Position numbers and translations under genes: made by a program. Shown piece by piece: positions 33,901 through 49,580 of a stretch of DNA of 64,000 nt. This DNA is from the human T2T-CHM13v2.0 reference genome, Homo sapiens. Numbering within the stretch: position 1 is the first letter of the stretch; each line of letters starts with the position of its first letter. The notes beneath the pieces were generated by a model. The model saw only the letters and a list, made by a program, of their open reading frames with translations. It was not told where the DNA came from and did not search any database. Where the stretch lies: NCBI RefSeq assembly GCF_009914755.1, contig NC_060944.1, one strand, 5' to 3'.

Positions 33901-36699
33901 TGCCCAGAGTGGTTGCCTCATGGTTCTATTTAGTGATCCTTTTGACTTCACATTTAAATAAAATTACCTCCCAGGAGGGAAAACATACTACTATAGAGCA
34001 CCTCATGTATCCTGGCATGAGACACGGCTGTCACCAAAGGACGGCATTGAGTAAAGGAAAGGAAAGCAGCCATGCAGTCACAGGTGCCCTTGAATTTCCC
34101 CTGGGAAGCCACTCCAGGGGGCAGGGGGCAGGGGAGACTGAAACTTCAGCTTTCAATAGACCCAGCTGTGAAGACGATCCCATGTCCAAGAATCCTGGAG
34201 TGCCCCCAGAACATCTCTCATCATTAAGAAGTCAACGACAGGCTTCCATGCGGAGGCTGCCAATAGCCAGGAGGGAAGGCTCTCTGGGCTCACCCTTGCC
34301 AGGCTGGGCGTTGGTCTACACCCCACTGTTGTTTAAATTGTTTATCATTCATTCTCTCTCTCTCTCTCTCTCATTTCTCTTTCCCCAACTCTCTCTTCCC
34401 ATCCCCACAACTTGTGTAATTGTGTAAGTGTATTTATAAAAGTCAAATAAGGTGACTCCATTTTATCATCCTGTTTTTCAAAGCTGATGCAGCTAAGGCT
34501 CAGAGAGGCTAAGTAGTTTGCCCAAGTTCACAGAGCATTCACACACACACAACTCCCTGGCCCCACAGGACATGATCTGTCAGCTGTACCATCTCTCTAC
34601 AAAGCCACCAGGATCATATAATAAAGAATGTAAAGAGACTCTCTTCCTACCAGAAAGTCCCTTATATGTGAGCAAACCCCTAGGACGCCAGAAGGACTCT
34701 GTGAGATTTGTGTAGAAATCTCCTGGTATTTCAGTTCTCCCGGTGAGTGGACACGTATTTCTCATCAGGAGGCTTCGATGTCTCTAAATTCATCCCCAGT
34801 GTTCTGAAGGGGTAGATTACGCTCAGGAGTGACCAGCCAATTGTTAGAGAAGATTTCAGTCGAGGCTTTGCTTGTGAAGGTGCACTGCTCACAACTTGGC
34901 TTCCCCTGTGTGGAACACAAATGTGAAGGACCAAGCGGAGCATTTATGAGCACCAAGGCTGGGGCTTGCTCTCAGGTCAGAGTTCGAATTGTCCACTGTC
35001 TGCATCTCAGTTAAGATGCACCCGTCAGTCCTAACATGGAACCCAGAGTAGTCTTTCTCCCCTGAGTAGGTCTTGATCCAGAGATCCAGTTAGGGCCCCC
35101 TAGAAACAAGCATGAATGCCCCTGGTCCTTCCTACCTCCCCAGAAGCAGAGAGAGGGCATGCAGCTGGACTGGATTGCCTTAGCTGAGCTGTGGCTCATG
35201 GATAGGAGTGCCTGCTGGCTGCCTCAACCAGGAAGGAGGGGCTGCTGTTCCTGAAAATCATGGTCATCTCCTCTGGCAAGTCCACCATCATATTCCAACA
35301 GGGTAAGCACAGTGGAACTCGGCAAGGGGAATAACCCAGTATCACAGGCAGCCCCAAAGAAACGGCAGTGGGACGGGTGAGTGTGGTCTCCAGTTTTCTC
35401 ACTGGAAGCCTACAGGCCTGGGCCACCTGGAAGTAACAGATCTTTTAGTTTACATCACTAAAAACCAATCACACCCTTACATTTCAAAGAACTTGCACTT
35501 AAATCAAACTGCCAAAATATAATCAAGTTGCATGACTCTGATTTTAATTTAGGCCTAAATTTCTCCAGTAGTGTAGGGAACACTGAGGTGGCCAGTGCTG
35601 GGAGCCATATCACCAAGTGGCATTTGCTTGTGGAGCCAAAGTCCCCCAAAAAGAATTGGGCCTGGAGAACCTTACCGATATGTCATCAGTAACATTAACT
35701 GGCCCTTGATCAACCTTTTCCTCTTTGTAATTATTTTTCCTCCAAGACTCCTGTGACATTCTTTCCCATGGTTTTGAAGACAAAGGAAAGTGTGCTGCCA
35801 AGCCTTGGGCATAGACAAGCCACACAACATTTACTGCAACTTTAAGAAATTGTTTAATAGGAAAGGAATCTTCCTAAAAGCATTTTCTGATCATCATTAA
35901 AGAAGTCAATCCCCTCTTTTAGCTTAGAGATAAATAAAGTCCTGATTACTGGAGCAAAGTACCTTGAGAATTTCCCATTTATTCCCTGATGACATAATCC
36001 TCATGCCAATAAATTGACCATGTGATGTACATGCTCCTGTAATGCCATGTGTTAATGTCAGGGAATAAATTCACAATCTGATTTGATTTTTTCTGGAGTG
36101 GGGAGAACCTGAAACAACATAATGCAGACACATAATCAGCAGACACAAAATAAGCTGTTCATCCGATTTCAAACACACTCACAACCAAACCTCACTTCTG
36201 AAATCACCATAATTACTTTTTTAAATAATTCATTTTTAATGATTATAAAAGTCTACATTCCTGTGGTGGAAAATATAGGAAATAAGAAAATAACAATCAC
36301 CGCTAAGCCTATGATCCACAAATAAGCCCTGTCAACATTTTTGGTCTATTGTATTTTAATACTTTTCAAAACATACATAATTTCACAACCCAATATCACA
36401 TTGTAGGTGCAACTTGAACTGACTTTTTTTTCACTTTGCATGCAACATTGTCAAAGTATGTCAAAATGTGGAAGGACATTTAGTGATAACCTCTGGGTGG
36501 CAGAAATATTGTTATTTTCTTATTTTCTTTATGCTTTATTACCTATATTTTCTAATTTTCTACAATGCACATTCATTATTATGAAAAGATTATTTTTAAA
36601 TTCAGAAAGATTATTTTCCATGGCTGCATACCATTACATCTTATGGATACACCCTGATCTACTTAATCTTTATCAAAATGGTGGACAGCTGCCCTTTCC

Positions 36700-36955
36700 A
36701 AGGTCTTAGGAGGGGCCCTTGGAATGTGTTCATGTGGTCATATGTTTTTGTGAAATTTGCAACAGTAAACTATAAACACAGTTATTTGAGACCATTCTAA
36801 CTTCCCTCCTGCACATCTTTGCTATCAGGTTGTACTCAGAGGAAGTCGAATTGAGGGCATTTATGGGACTCACCATCATTTCTCATTGTACCTGTTACTG
36901 CAGCCACCCTAGCATGGGGACTCTTTCAGGATGCTCCCAATGTCAGCAAATCCAT
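36700..36955. mobile_element. hAT-Tip100 (Zaphod-like) fragment
   Basis: AATGTGTTCATGTGGTCATATGTTTTTGTGAAATTTGCAA matches recalled Zaphod sequence. Confidence 0.5.
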
Positions 36956-36964
36956 GAGGATTTA

Positions 36965-38722
36965 AAGGGATTCTAGGAAGATGGCAGCAGTGACACGGGT
37001 TTTGAATCTCCTTGAATCCTACACAAAAATAACATGGAAATTAGATAGTAAAACCAAAAACACATGGGCAAATGGCCAAAAACAACAAAACTAGATGATA
37101 CAGTCCCCACCTTCTAGGCCCTACGTAAAAGCAAGTGGAGGTGACCACCATGGCCACGGCCCTGCGTGATACCAGCGTCTGTGTGGAGGGAGAAGAGAGA
37201 AGCAAGGGAAACCTGGAAAAAAGATGACTTGGGAAAGAATTCAGGACAAATGAAAATCATCTCAGAAATGAGGGCTAAACTGGAAGGAACACAAGGGCAA
37301 ATAACAGGCAGTCAATGCATTGAGAGAAATAGGAGAAATTTGTTTTAGTCATAAAGACATAAAGGAAAAAATAAAAAGAAAAAATAAAAAATGACAAATA
37401 GGCAAAAAAGATTCAGCATATAGGTAATAAAGTATCTAGAGAAAAAACCTGAAGTAAAATAGCAGAACAAATACTGAACTCTGCAATGGCAAAAAAAAAA
37501 AAAAACTTTCCCATAATTTAGAATTTAGAAAACAAAACAACAACAACAAAAAAAGTTGAAACTACATTCTGAAAGAGCACAGTGAGTACCTGAGAATATC
37601 AACCCAAAAGGACCAGCACCAAGACATAGGCTAGGAACATTACTGAACTCTAAAGACAAATAAATAATTCCTTTGCGAATCTGGGTGGAACAAACACGAA
37701 TGAACATAAAATCAAAGGGAGAGAAAATCTGATTATCATCCACGTGGAGAGCAACACTTACTCCAAAAGGAGACAGAGGAATCGATTCTGCAACCCAAAG
37801 AGCTGCTCTCGGTCAGTGCCACAGGGCTACATCTGTGCAGGGGGCACAGGCAGGCCTGGACACCCGTGTATGGCAGAGTGATAAGGCCCAGAAGGGAACA
37901 TCGCACACAGCCCAGACTGGCATGGAGCCACTAGTTGGACATCTGCAGGGGAGCATAAGCCAAGAGGGAATCCTCTAGAAGGAGATGGGCCAAGCCACAC
38001 AAGTGCAGGGAAGAGAGAGGAGGGAGGAGGGAGAGCCACATTGTGTCATGCTGGAGTGAGTAGGTTTGTGGGGACTCAAATGTGCCCTTTTTACCAAAGC
38101 ACAAGTATTCAGGACAACCATCACCAAGTTCAGCTGCAGTCCTAGCACCCCACTGCTGTCTGTTTTCACAGGAGCACCAGTCCAACAAGAAGTGCATCGA
38201 GGCACATGTACATACAACTGTGACACGCAGTTTGGCTTTGGAAATCTTGAGCACTGCACCATGCCCAGGAAAACCGTAGATGTCCATTCCTGTACCAGAA
38301 TGACCAAATCATTGCTGTGTCTGCACAGTCCCAGAAATAAAACCACCAACCTAGTTTTCAGCCAACTCAGTTTTTTAGTAAATGTACAGTTGTAAAGTTC
38401 AAAGTCATGAAAAACAAGGAAAGACTGAGTGACAAATGAAAGACTAAGGAGAGAGACATGATGACTAAATATGCAGGGCATCCTGGATTCAATTCTGAAA
38501 TAGAAGAATTACATTCGTGGAAAAACTGGTGAAACCCAACTGAAGTCTGTCATTTAGTAAATGGCATTGCACAACGGTGAATTCTTAGTTTGGATCAATG
38601 TCACATAGCTATATAAGTTGCTAACATTTGAGGAAACTAGGTAAAGGGTATTTGGGAACTTTGTACTATGCCTGCAACTCATCTATAAATCTAAAATTAT
38701 TTCAAAATATGAAGTTTAAAAA
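36965..38722 (+). mobile_element. Old L1M fragments (5'/ORF1 part 36965-37760; L1MC-like 3' end 38395-38722)
   Basis: AAGATGGCAGC start and A-rich ORF1 remnants. 3' end GGGTATTTGGGAACTTTGTACTATG..TAAAATTATTTCAAAAT. Confidence 0.7.
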
Positions 38723-40469
38723 ATAGTTAACACTTTGCAATAATAGCACAGAAAAAAACAACTAGTTATTTGGCTGAATCTGTTTCCTTTTTACCTTTTC
38801 GATGGTACTTAGAACATCACAAGGTACTGTAGGTGGATCCCAAGTGTTCTGCCCCTGTGTTGAGGTCAGAGCCCTCCCTGGAGTTGCCCCCATGATCCCC
38901 TTAGCAAGGAACTGCTGGGGATACCCAGGAGCTCTGGCACTGGTCCCTACTGTGGCCATGAACCCCAGCATGGAGAGAAGAAATCAGTGGGTGACACCTT
39001 CCTGGACTTTCCCTGTGCCTGTCCAGCCACTGTCCTCGACAGTTTTGCTCTCTGACTACAACTGGATGTGGGGATGTTGTTGATGCACTTGAAGGGTTGG
39101 ATGCCTCGCCCATCCTTTCTCACCCTGCAGCACAGTGCTGATGCAGCTAAGACCATGGCCCTGCCTTGCATGCCCACAAAGCCACACCCACACTGTTCCA
39201 GAAGGTCTCCCTTAGTCTGGCACCAATGCAAACAGCTCAGCACTGTCATCACAGCAGCCCGTCCCCAGAGAGCAGAGCCTGACCCCAGCCAGATGCAGGC
39301 TGTCAACCCTGGAGGGACCCCAGGGGGCAGGAGTAAGGCTGGGGAGGCAGAGCTGACAAAGCTGGGGTGGGATATTGAGTCAGCCCCTCTGTGTGCCTTT
39401 GGGAGTGTGTCTGAGAATGGTCCCGGGGAGGAAGGGGAGCATTCCCTCATTGGCCCCCATGCATCACTGGTCCAGGCCCCTACGCGCTGGCTCACCACCG
39501 GCAATGCACACTCCACGACCAGGGAGCCCCACGCAGGAAGGCAGAGGCCACGCCAGGCCACATTACCCCTGGGCAAAGCTCTCAGAATCCTGCCAGCATG
39601 CAAGGAGAAACTGAGAGGATGGGCAGTGGGGGAGGCAGGGTCCAGGGCAGCTGCCCCATCCTCCCAACCGTGCAATTGCGAGTCTCTGAGGCATACTCTG
39701 CCCAGGAACCCAACCAAGCCCACATGAGGGCAGGTGGGAGTGCCAAGGGGCTAACACCACCGGGGCAGACTCAGCCGCTTAGTGCTAGTGGATCAAGACC
39801 CCAGCTTCCCCACCTGCCAGCCAAGACAATGCTGAGGCGTGATCCGCACAAGGTCCTGGGGGGTCCCCAGCAGGTGTGAGCCCCTGTTGCCCACAGTGGA
39901 AACCTGTGTCAATGCACACTCCCGGTCTGGCTTCCCTCCCTCTCACATCCCCTCCCCGCAGCTGCCTCCCAGGACCACATTCACCACTTGCACCCAGTCC
40001 TACCCATCGGGACTGCTTTGCAGAGAATCCATTTAAAACTGACCAAGTGGGCGTTGGAACCCTGCACTGTCTGATTCAGGCCCAAAACGTTTAAACACAA
40101 TGCTAATACCCTCAGTTGTTGGGAATGTTGGGTTACTTGTGGGTTCCATTTGGATACTGGCCCCTGTGACGGCTACAGGACATGGGACGCCACCCATCCA
40201 CTGATGCCACCTTTCTACCTCCTGCCCCAACAACGCCTCATGGGCACCAGAGACTCCGGGCACATTTCATGCTTCTCCAGATCCAGGGACCACGGAGGAG
40301 GGAGACTGTCTTCACCTCTCTGCTCTGCAGCTTTAGATCCTGCATGCTACTCACCGTCCCTGTGGCTCCAGACCCCATCCATGGGTTTATCTCCCCCAAG
40401 GAAAAATCATCACGGGGTTCTTCCATTTACACGCACTGGCTGCAGCCACAGCCTGGGGGACCAGGGCTG

Positions 40470-41720
40470 GACGGCGCCACAGGTAGAAGAGGGCCCGGAT
40501 TCCCGAGTCACCTCCCAAGTCACCGTGGGAGGCTAATCAGGCCGCGCTGACCTTTGCCTCCAGCAGGGCCTCCGCTTCACTCCCTTCAGGGGTCTGGACA
40601 TCATCTCTGGGCCTGGGCACACCCTGGGACAGTCAGATGCGGCGGCTTCCATGCGCCTCCCTCCCTCAGGCCTCACCCCCTTCATTCTCTCACTCTAAAA
40701 CCTCCCGGACAAACCACTAAAAACGATGCGGCTGTCGTGGTGGTGGGTCATTTGGTTTTGGGTCGCGTGACCTCAGTGAGTGTGTCCCCATGGGGAAGCC
40801 GAGAGTGCTGACGTCCCCCTGGATGCGGGAGAGTCCACTCCGGGATCGCTGTTCCTGGAAAACCGCGTGCGGGTGCAGCCAAGCCCCTCAGTTGGGGAGG
40901 GAAGGCACTGGAGGACGAGGCCCGGAGGTGAGTCCGCAAAGCCAGGCTGCCAGGCTAACCACGCCCAGCTTCCCCCAGCCACCGACCAGGCTGCGGGGAC
41001 GCTTTCAGAACATCATGCGGGTGCGCCGGCTGGCCCTGGGTGTCTGGGCCGGGGCCCCTCCAAGCCCACCTGGGAGAGCACTCCCGCCTCCCCCAACCCC
41101 GGGGCGCCCACCACCCCGGCCTCCGCCGCCGCCCTGCGACAGCGCCCCCAGGGCCCGGCGTCCTGGGCCTCTGACTCTGCCCGGTTTGCTAACCCGGACC
41201 CTCGCCGCGTCTTCCGGCTCCAGTATCCTCGGGAACCTCCTCCCTTTCATCACTCGCCTCGACAAGACCTTCTGAGGCCACACATCTCGAGGCAACAGCT
41301 CTGTGCCCCGCCTTTGTTTGGCTCTCAAAATTGTGCTGTGCCCTCTCATCTCCAACAGCGTTACGCTGATTTTCGAGCTTTTCCTGGCTCCCCCTGGCTC
41401 TTTGCTGTCGTCACTCGGTTCTCCGCCCATCCCCGTGCGCACGTGTTCGCTGTGCTAGCCCCGTGCGAGCTGAGCTGCCGTTAGAGTCGGTAGATTACAG
41501 CGAAGCTGCAGTCAGCAGCTCGTCTGCCTGGCCCTGCACACCGTGAGACTCGAGGCAGTGCCCGGGACGGGACCACCTGGGGAAGAGAGGAGGGAAAAGC
41601 CAAACCCCGCAGAGGAAGGACGAGAGCTGGCAGCCAGGTCGGCTGCGAAAGGGGAGAGAGGTGGGCAGTCCAGGTCTGGGATGGGCCAGCCTAAGCTCGA
41701 ATCGCTGTGTCAGTGGGTTG
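40470..41720. promoter_or_regulatory. CpG island, candidate promoter of an unidentified (probably non-coding) transcript
   Basis: Dense CpGs and high GC against a CpG-depleted background. GGTCGCGTGACC (40761-40772), TGACGTC (40809), donor GAG|GTGAGT (40927/40928). Confidence 0.75.
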
Positions 41721-41870
41721 GTCACTTAGCCCTTTTAAGCCTCAGTTTCCTCATCTCTAAAATGTGGATAATGACAGAACCCTCACAGGGCATCCAGAGA
41801 TGGAGGCTGTGCGATGAGCCGAGCCCAGGCCTGTGGAGTTTTCTGTGCTCAGTGCTGTTGCTGTTGTCAT
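41690..41870 (+). mobile_element. MIR fragment at the island edge
   Basis: GTCACTTAGCCCTTTTAAGCCTCAGTTTCCTCATCTCTAAAATG. Confidence 0.75.
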
Positions 41871-42037
41871 CATTAGCCACCGTTTTTCAAATCTCGGAAG
41901 CCTCTTAGAAAACCAGCTGTTCTTGATGGCCACTTGTGAAAGGAGAAGCAGATTTCTTAATCAGAATGATTCAAAGAACTTTCTCCCAGCAACAGTTGTT
42001 AAATCAAGGCCTTGGAATTTTCTCTGAAAGAGAATTC

Positions 42038-42347
42038 TGCTGGGTGCTGTGCCTCACACCTGTAATCCCAGCACTTTGGGAAGCCGAGGTGGGAGGATTA
42101 CTTGAGGCCAGGAATTCAAGACCTGCCTGGGCAACATAGTGAGACCCGTATCTACAAAAAATAAAAATAAATTAGCTGAGTAAGGGAGAGCACACCTGTA
42201 GCCCCAGCTACTCAGGAGGCTAAGGCGAGAGGATTGCTTAAGCCTAGGAGGTCAAGGCTGCAGTGCGCTATGATTGCACCACCGCACTGCAGCTCGGCAA
42301 CAGAGTGAGACCCCGTCTCTAAAGAAAATAGTAAGTACAAATAAATA
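42038..42347 (+). mobile_element. AluJ
   Basis: TSD AAAGAGAATTC at 42027-42037 and 42348-42358. Confidence 0.93.
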
Positions 42348-43457
42348 AAAGAGAATTCAGTATCATCAGGCTTGAGTGGTTCCTGAGAGAGAAAAGACCT
42401 AGATCATTCCTTAAGTTCCCCCTGGAGCCCCAATATCTTGATTCTGTGACTCTTCACATCTCCCTAATTAAATTGTCTGGTTTAATCCTCTCCTTGAGCC
42501 CTCTCCTCGGCCTCTGTCCTCCCCAGCCTTGCATCCATTCCATGCCCACCTTCCATGCTGGGGATGACTTACAAACTGCAGGCTTGCAGATTCACAATCA
42601 CTCAACAATATGCTGCACAGACAGACTGCCCTCCTCCATGGACACCCTCCTTTGTGCGAAGGCCAACTGCTTATGGGCAGTTGGAATGTCTTCTAAGCAG
42701 ACAAAAGGCCTGCTCAAGTGTGCAACTATTTGGGGGCAGGGGCCACTCCCTCCGCGGGTGGTTAAGGGCTGTGCTGCTTGGAGCCAGCTGCTGAGTCCTG
42801 GAGAAGAATAGAGCAGGCATGTGGACGCGACAAAAGCTGCCTGGCCCTGTGCCCCAGGCCAGCCCAGGACGCAGCACATCCTCAACATATGGGTCCCTGG
42901 GGGGGGTCCCCTCATTTAACAATCATGATTTCCCTCTTCAGGAGACAACAAGGTTTGGAAACCTTAAATGGGCTGTGTGACTAAATTAAGTTCCCAAGGC
43001 AGCCAGAACCAAGACGCTAATTGCCTTGGCTTATGGTTCTTACCCTCCACGAGACAGATTGGCTCATTTTTCAGGCTACTAATTATTAATTTGAAGCCAT
43101 GAATAGAAAGAGATGGGAAGGACCTGTCACCTCCTGCTTGGTGAATGCTAAAGCTTTGTCATTTGCAGGCACAGGAGAGTGCCGACGGGCCTTTGAGTGA
43201 GCCAGGCAACAAGTCAGGGGTCCCATATGTACAAACTGCATCTTGGCATTGCTTCTGCTCTGTGCAACGTGGTGGGAGCCCACTTACAATCAACTGCCAA
43301 CATCAGAGCTCATGGGACACAAGGGCCATGTTATCTGAGGCCTCAAAAAATTCAGACTTCGGAGAGATCTCCAAAGTTTGTATAAAAGTCTCTGCTGGTA
43401 TAAAACAGTGCAATTCTGAGTTACACTGTCAGAATTTTAAAATGTTAAAGTCCTTTA

Positions 43458-43846
<389 letters not shown>

Positions 43847-43928
43847 TTATCTTGGGAATGGTACAACTTCTTTGCACTGTATTTTGGTATATTAAAGGCA
43901 TTCATTACTCATTAAATGCAAACAACTA

Positions 43929-44204
43929 GACCAGACATGGTGGCTCACGCCTGTAATCCCAGTACTTTGGGAGGCTGAGGCGGGTGGATCACCTGAAGTC
44001 AGGAGTTCGAGATGGGCCTAGCCAACATGGTGAAACCCCATCTCTACTAAAAATATAAAAAATTATCTGGGCCTGGTGGTGCATGCCTGAGTCAGGAGAA
44101 TCGCTTGAACCCAGGAGGCAGAGGCTTCAGTAAGCAGAGATCATGCCTTTACATTCCAGCCTGCACAAAAAGAGCAAAAACCCCATCTCAAAAAATAAAT
44201 AAAA
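43929..44204 (+). mobile_element. AluS with an internal right-arm deletion
   Basis: GCATGCCTG joined directly to AGTCAGGAGAATCGC. TSD TAAATGCAAAC(A/T)ACTA. Confidence 0.9.
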
Positions 44205-44357
44205 TAAATGCAAACTACTAAAATTTACCATAACTTTTGGTAACTCATTTTCTCCCCAGCTTTCTTTTATTTAAAATTTCAAATATATACAATTGATAGT
44301 ATTTACAATGAATCCCCATAGATCTACCACAAACATTCTACAATTAATGCTATCAAT

Positions 44358-45038
44358 TGTAAATCAAAGAACATGACTGAGGCCAGCCTCAATCTTTTTA
44401 GGAAGTTTATTTGCCAAGGTTAAGGACATGCCCAGGAAAGACCACAGATCCATAGGAAAAATTGTGGTCCATACCTTTCCTGAAGAGGGTCTGGGGATCT
44501 CAATATTTAAAAGGAAAAGAGTGGGTATTGGAGAAAGAGGAGGAAATTTTTTAAAGGTGTGGGTAGGTAAGAGGCAAATGGTTGTATTCTTCTGAGCCTT
44601 TGATCAGCCTTACATGTGAGAGGGGGACAGAGAAACAGGAGAAACAGGCACTTATGCATTCATGTAGCTCAGTGATTCTACACTTTTACATGAAATAAAA
44701 TAGACATAGGGCAGAGGAAGCAATCAGATATGCATTTGTATCGGTGAGCAGCAAAATGAACTTGAGTTCTGTCCTTTGTACCACACCTGTGAAGATAAGC
44801 CATCAATTTACATTGCCAGGGGGAAATTCAACAGAACTGTTTTAGGGTAAAGATCTTGGGGAACACAAGGAATTTCCTAGTGGGCAAATTGTAAGGGAGG
44901 CATGTCGCTTTGTTTTATCTTCATTGCTGTCTTATTTAGGAACGAAACGGGAGGCAGGTTTGCATGATCCAGATTCCAGCTTCACTCTTCTCTTTGGCAT
45001 TGTGAATTTGGGATCTCAAGATTCATTTTCCTTTCACA
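44358..45038 (-). mobile_element. MER4-family solo LTR (ERV1)
   Basis: TGTAAATC...GTTTATTTGCCAAGGTTAAGGAC...TTTTCCTTTCACA. Flanks CAAT and CAGT. Confidence 0.85.
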
Positions 45039-45436
45039 CAGTCTATCACATTTGTGGTGCATTTCACATGAAGTTGCTGGCATCGGGGTGCTTTGCCTCC
45101 AAACACCTCAGCGTGCATACCATTACCAGCCACGTTTATGGGGATTTGGGGGTAAAACGTATATAGAATGTCACATCCACTCGAAAGCTCACCTTCTGTG
45201 AGTTTGGAAATGCATACCCCTGTCAAGATGCACAGGATTCATGCCCTCAGAAGCCCAGAGGCCCTTCCCAGTCAATCCTGTCCCACCCCCAACTCACCCC
45301 CAGTCCAGCCCCACAGGAAACCACAGTTCATTTTTTTCACCATAGTTATAACTCATTTTTGCTATAATATTTATATCCTAATATACCTGGAACCTCAATA
45401 AGTAAAGGTGGTCCAGGGCCCTGTCATCTTCCATGA

Positions 45437-45767
<331 letters not shown>

Positions 45768-47199
45768 CTTTTTTATTTTTTAAATCACCAAATCATCAGT
45801 GTGCCCCTCCAGGTATAAGAAGGTGAAGGGCAAATTACAAAACACAAGCTGGCTTTAAGCCCATGAGTCTGCAAGATGTGTTTTTCTTTTCTGCAAACAG
45901 GGAATATTAAACCTGGCTGCTTTGCCTGTTCTCATGGGACACTTTAAAATAAGCAAAGGCTGCACTGTACACTTTGTTGGAGAACACAGAGCTCTTTGAA
46001 TCTTTTGAATTGGAAAGACAACCTGAAAAAAAAAAAAACAGAATTAGAGATTGATGTAAAAATCCCATTTTTTAGGCAAAAATCAACAATGGATGCGAAA
46101 ATTAATGGGTGGAAGGTTGAGTAAGAAGATATTTACATAGTCTCAAAGTATCTCCAATGAGATACTTAGCAATTTCAAAAGGAAATATAGTAACATGGCA
46201 GTGGAGAGGCCTGGCAGACGCCTTCTAAACCAGGGATGAACTCCAGCATCATCAGTGATCGGACAAACTCAAACCCACGCCTTCTCACAGGATGCGCAGA
46301 ACAGGTACATCACTGCGGTGATATTCTTGATGAAACCATGTCATCTGAATCTATCAGATGAACCCCAAATTAAGTGCCATTTAATAAAATAATTTACTCT
46401 CAAAAACAGTCAAGGTCGTGGGAAAAAAAGACTGAGGAATTGTTTCAGATTAAAGGACATGAGACGTGACGGCTGATTGCTAGACATGATCAAAGACTTT
46501 CTTTTGCTATAAAGGACATTAAAGGGAACAACAGCAAAATCTAATGGAGATACATAAATTATAAAGAGTATTATATCAAGGTGTGTTAATTTCCTAATTT
46601 TAATAACTGTACTGTTGTTGTGAAGAGAAGATACTTGTCATTTTTGTAACAGCTTTGCTGAGATATAATTTATATACCATAAAATTCATCCTATTAACAA
46701 TTTATTCCATGGTTTTAGCATATTCATAGTTATGCAATTATCACTTAGATTGTTTTAGAATATTTTCTTTCCTTCAAAAAGAAAACCATTAGCAGCCATT
46801 TAGCCACTGTTCCTTCCTTCCTCCTTCCAGCCTCTGGCAACCACGAATCTACTTTTTATCTCTGTGGATTTGCCTATTTGAACAGTCCATGTAAATGGAA
46901 ACATCCAATATGTGGCCTTTGTGTCTGACTTCCCTCACTTAGCAGAATGTCTTCAAGGTTCATCTGGGTTGCGGCATGTCAGAACATCACTCTTGTTGTG
47001 GCTGAGTAGTATTCCACTGTGTGGGTCTACCGCCTTGTGTTTATCCATTTATCAGTGGATGGACATTCAGGTTGTGAATAGTGCTTCTATGAACGTTTGT
47101 GAATAAGTATTTATAAGTATTTGTTAGAATATCTGTCTTCAATCATGTAGGGCATATATATCCAGAAGTTTAACTGCTATATGGTATTTTTATTTTTAA

Positions 47200-47893
<694 letters not shown>

Positions 47894-48982
47894 GAGAGTT
47901 CTAATTTCTTCACATCCTCACCAACACTTGTTTTCCTCTCCTTTTTTTAAATCATAGACAACCTAATGAAAGTGAAGTGGTATCTCATAGTTCTGATTTT
48001 CATTTCCATGATGTCTAATGATGTTGAGCATCTTTTCATATCCTTGTTGGACCTTTGTATGTTTTCTTTGGAGAAAAGTCTATTCAAGGCCTTTCACCAT
48101 TTTTAATTGGGTTAAGTTCTGAGAGTTATTTCTATGTTCTGGAAAGTAAGCCCTTCTTACACATATAATTTGCAAATATTTTCTCTCATCCTGCAGATTT
48201 TCTTTTCGCTTCTTGAAAGTGTTCTTTGATGCACAAAAGTTTTTAATTTTGATGGGTTGCAGTTTATCTAGCTTTTCTTTTGTCATCTATGTCATAGCTA
48301 AGATTATATTGCCAAATTCAAAGTTATGAAGATTTATCCCTACATTTTTCTCTTAAAAGTTTTACAGTCTTAGCTCTTGTGTTTAGGTCTTTGATCCACT
48401 TTGAGTTAATCTTTGTATACAGTATGCAGCATAGTCATTCTTTTACATGTGGATATACAGTTGCCCCAGAATTATTTGTCGAAGAGACTTTTGTCCAATT
48501 AATAATCTTGGCACCCTTGTTGAAAATTAATTGATCATAGATGTATTGGTTTATTTCTGGACTCTCAGTTCCATTTCACTGGTCCATCCTTATGCCACAA
48601 CCATGATTCTTTGATTACTGTAGCTTTGTAGTCAAGCTTTGAAATTGGAAAGTGTGTGTCTTCAAACTTTATTTTTTTTTCAACATCGTTTTGGCTGTTT
48701 GGGGTCTCATAATTCCAGATGAATTTTAGAATCAGCTTTTTCATTTCTGCAAAAAAGACCATTGGTATTTTGAAAGGCATTGCCATGCATCTGTAGGTCA
48801 CTTTCAGGAGCACTGCCATTCTAACAACTCTACGTCTCCCAATCCACAAACACAAAGTGGCTTCCCATTTGGATCTTTATAAGTTTCTTTCTGTAATGTT
48901 TTATAATTTTCAGTGCACAAATCTTGCACCTCTTGGTTTAAATTTATTCCTATGTATTTTATTATTTTTTATGCTATTATAA

Positions 48983-49580
<598 letters not shown>

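Noticed and set aside
41136-41155. CTCF site CAGCGCCCCCAGGG in the CpG island
   Set aside because: Only the 3' half matches. The conserved CC at the motif 5' end is missing.
38947-41484. Overlapping 120-260 aa ORFs on both strands
   Set aside because: Expected in GC-rich DNA. No recognisable domain and no strand consistency.
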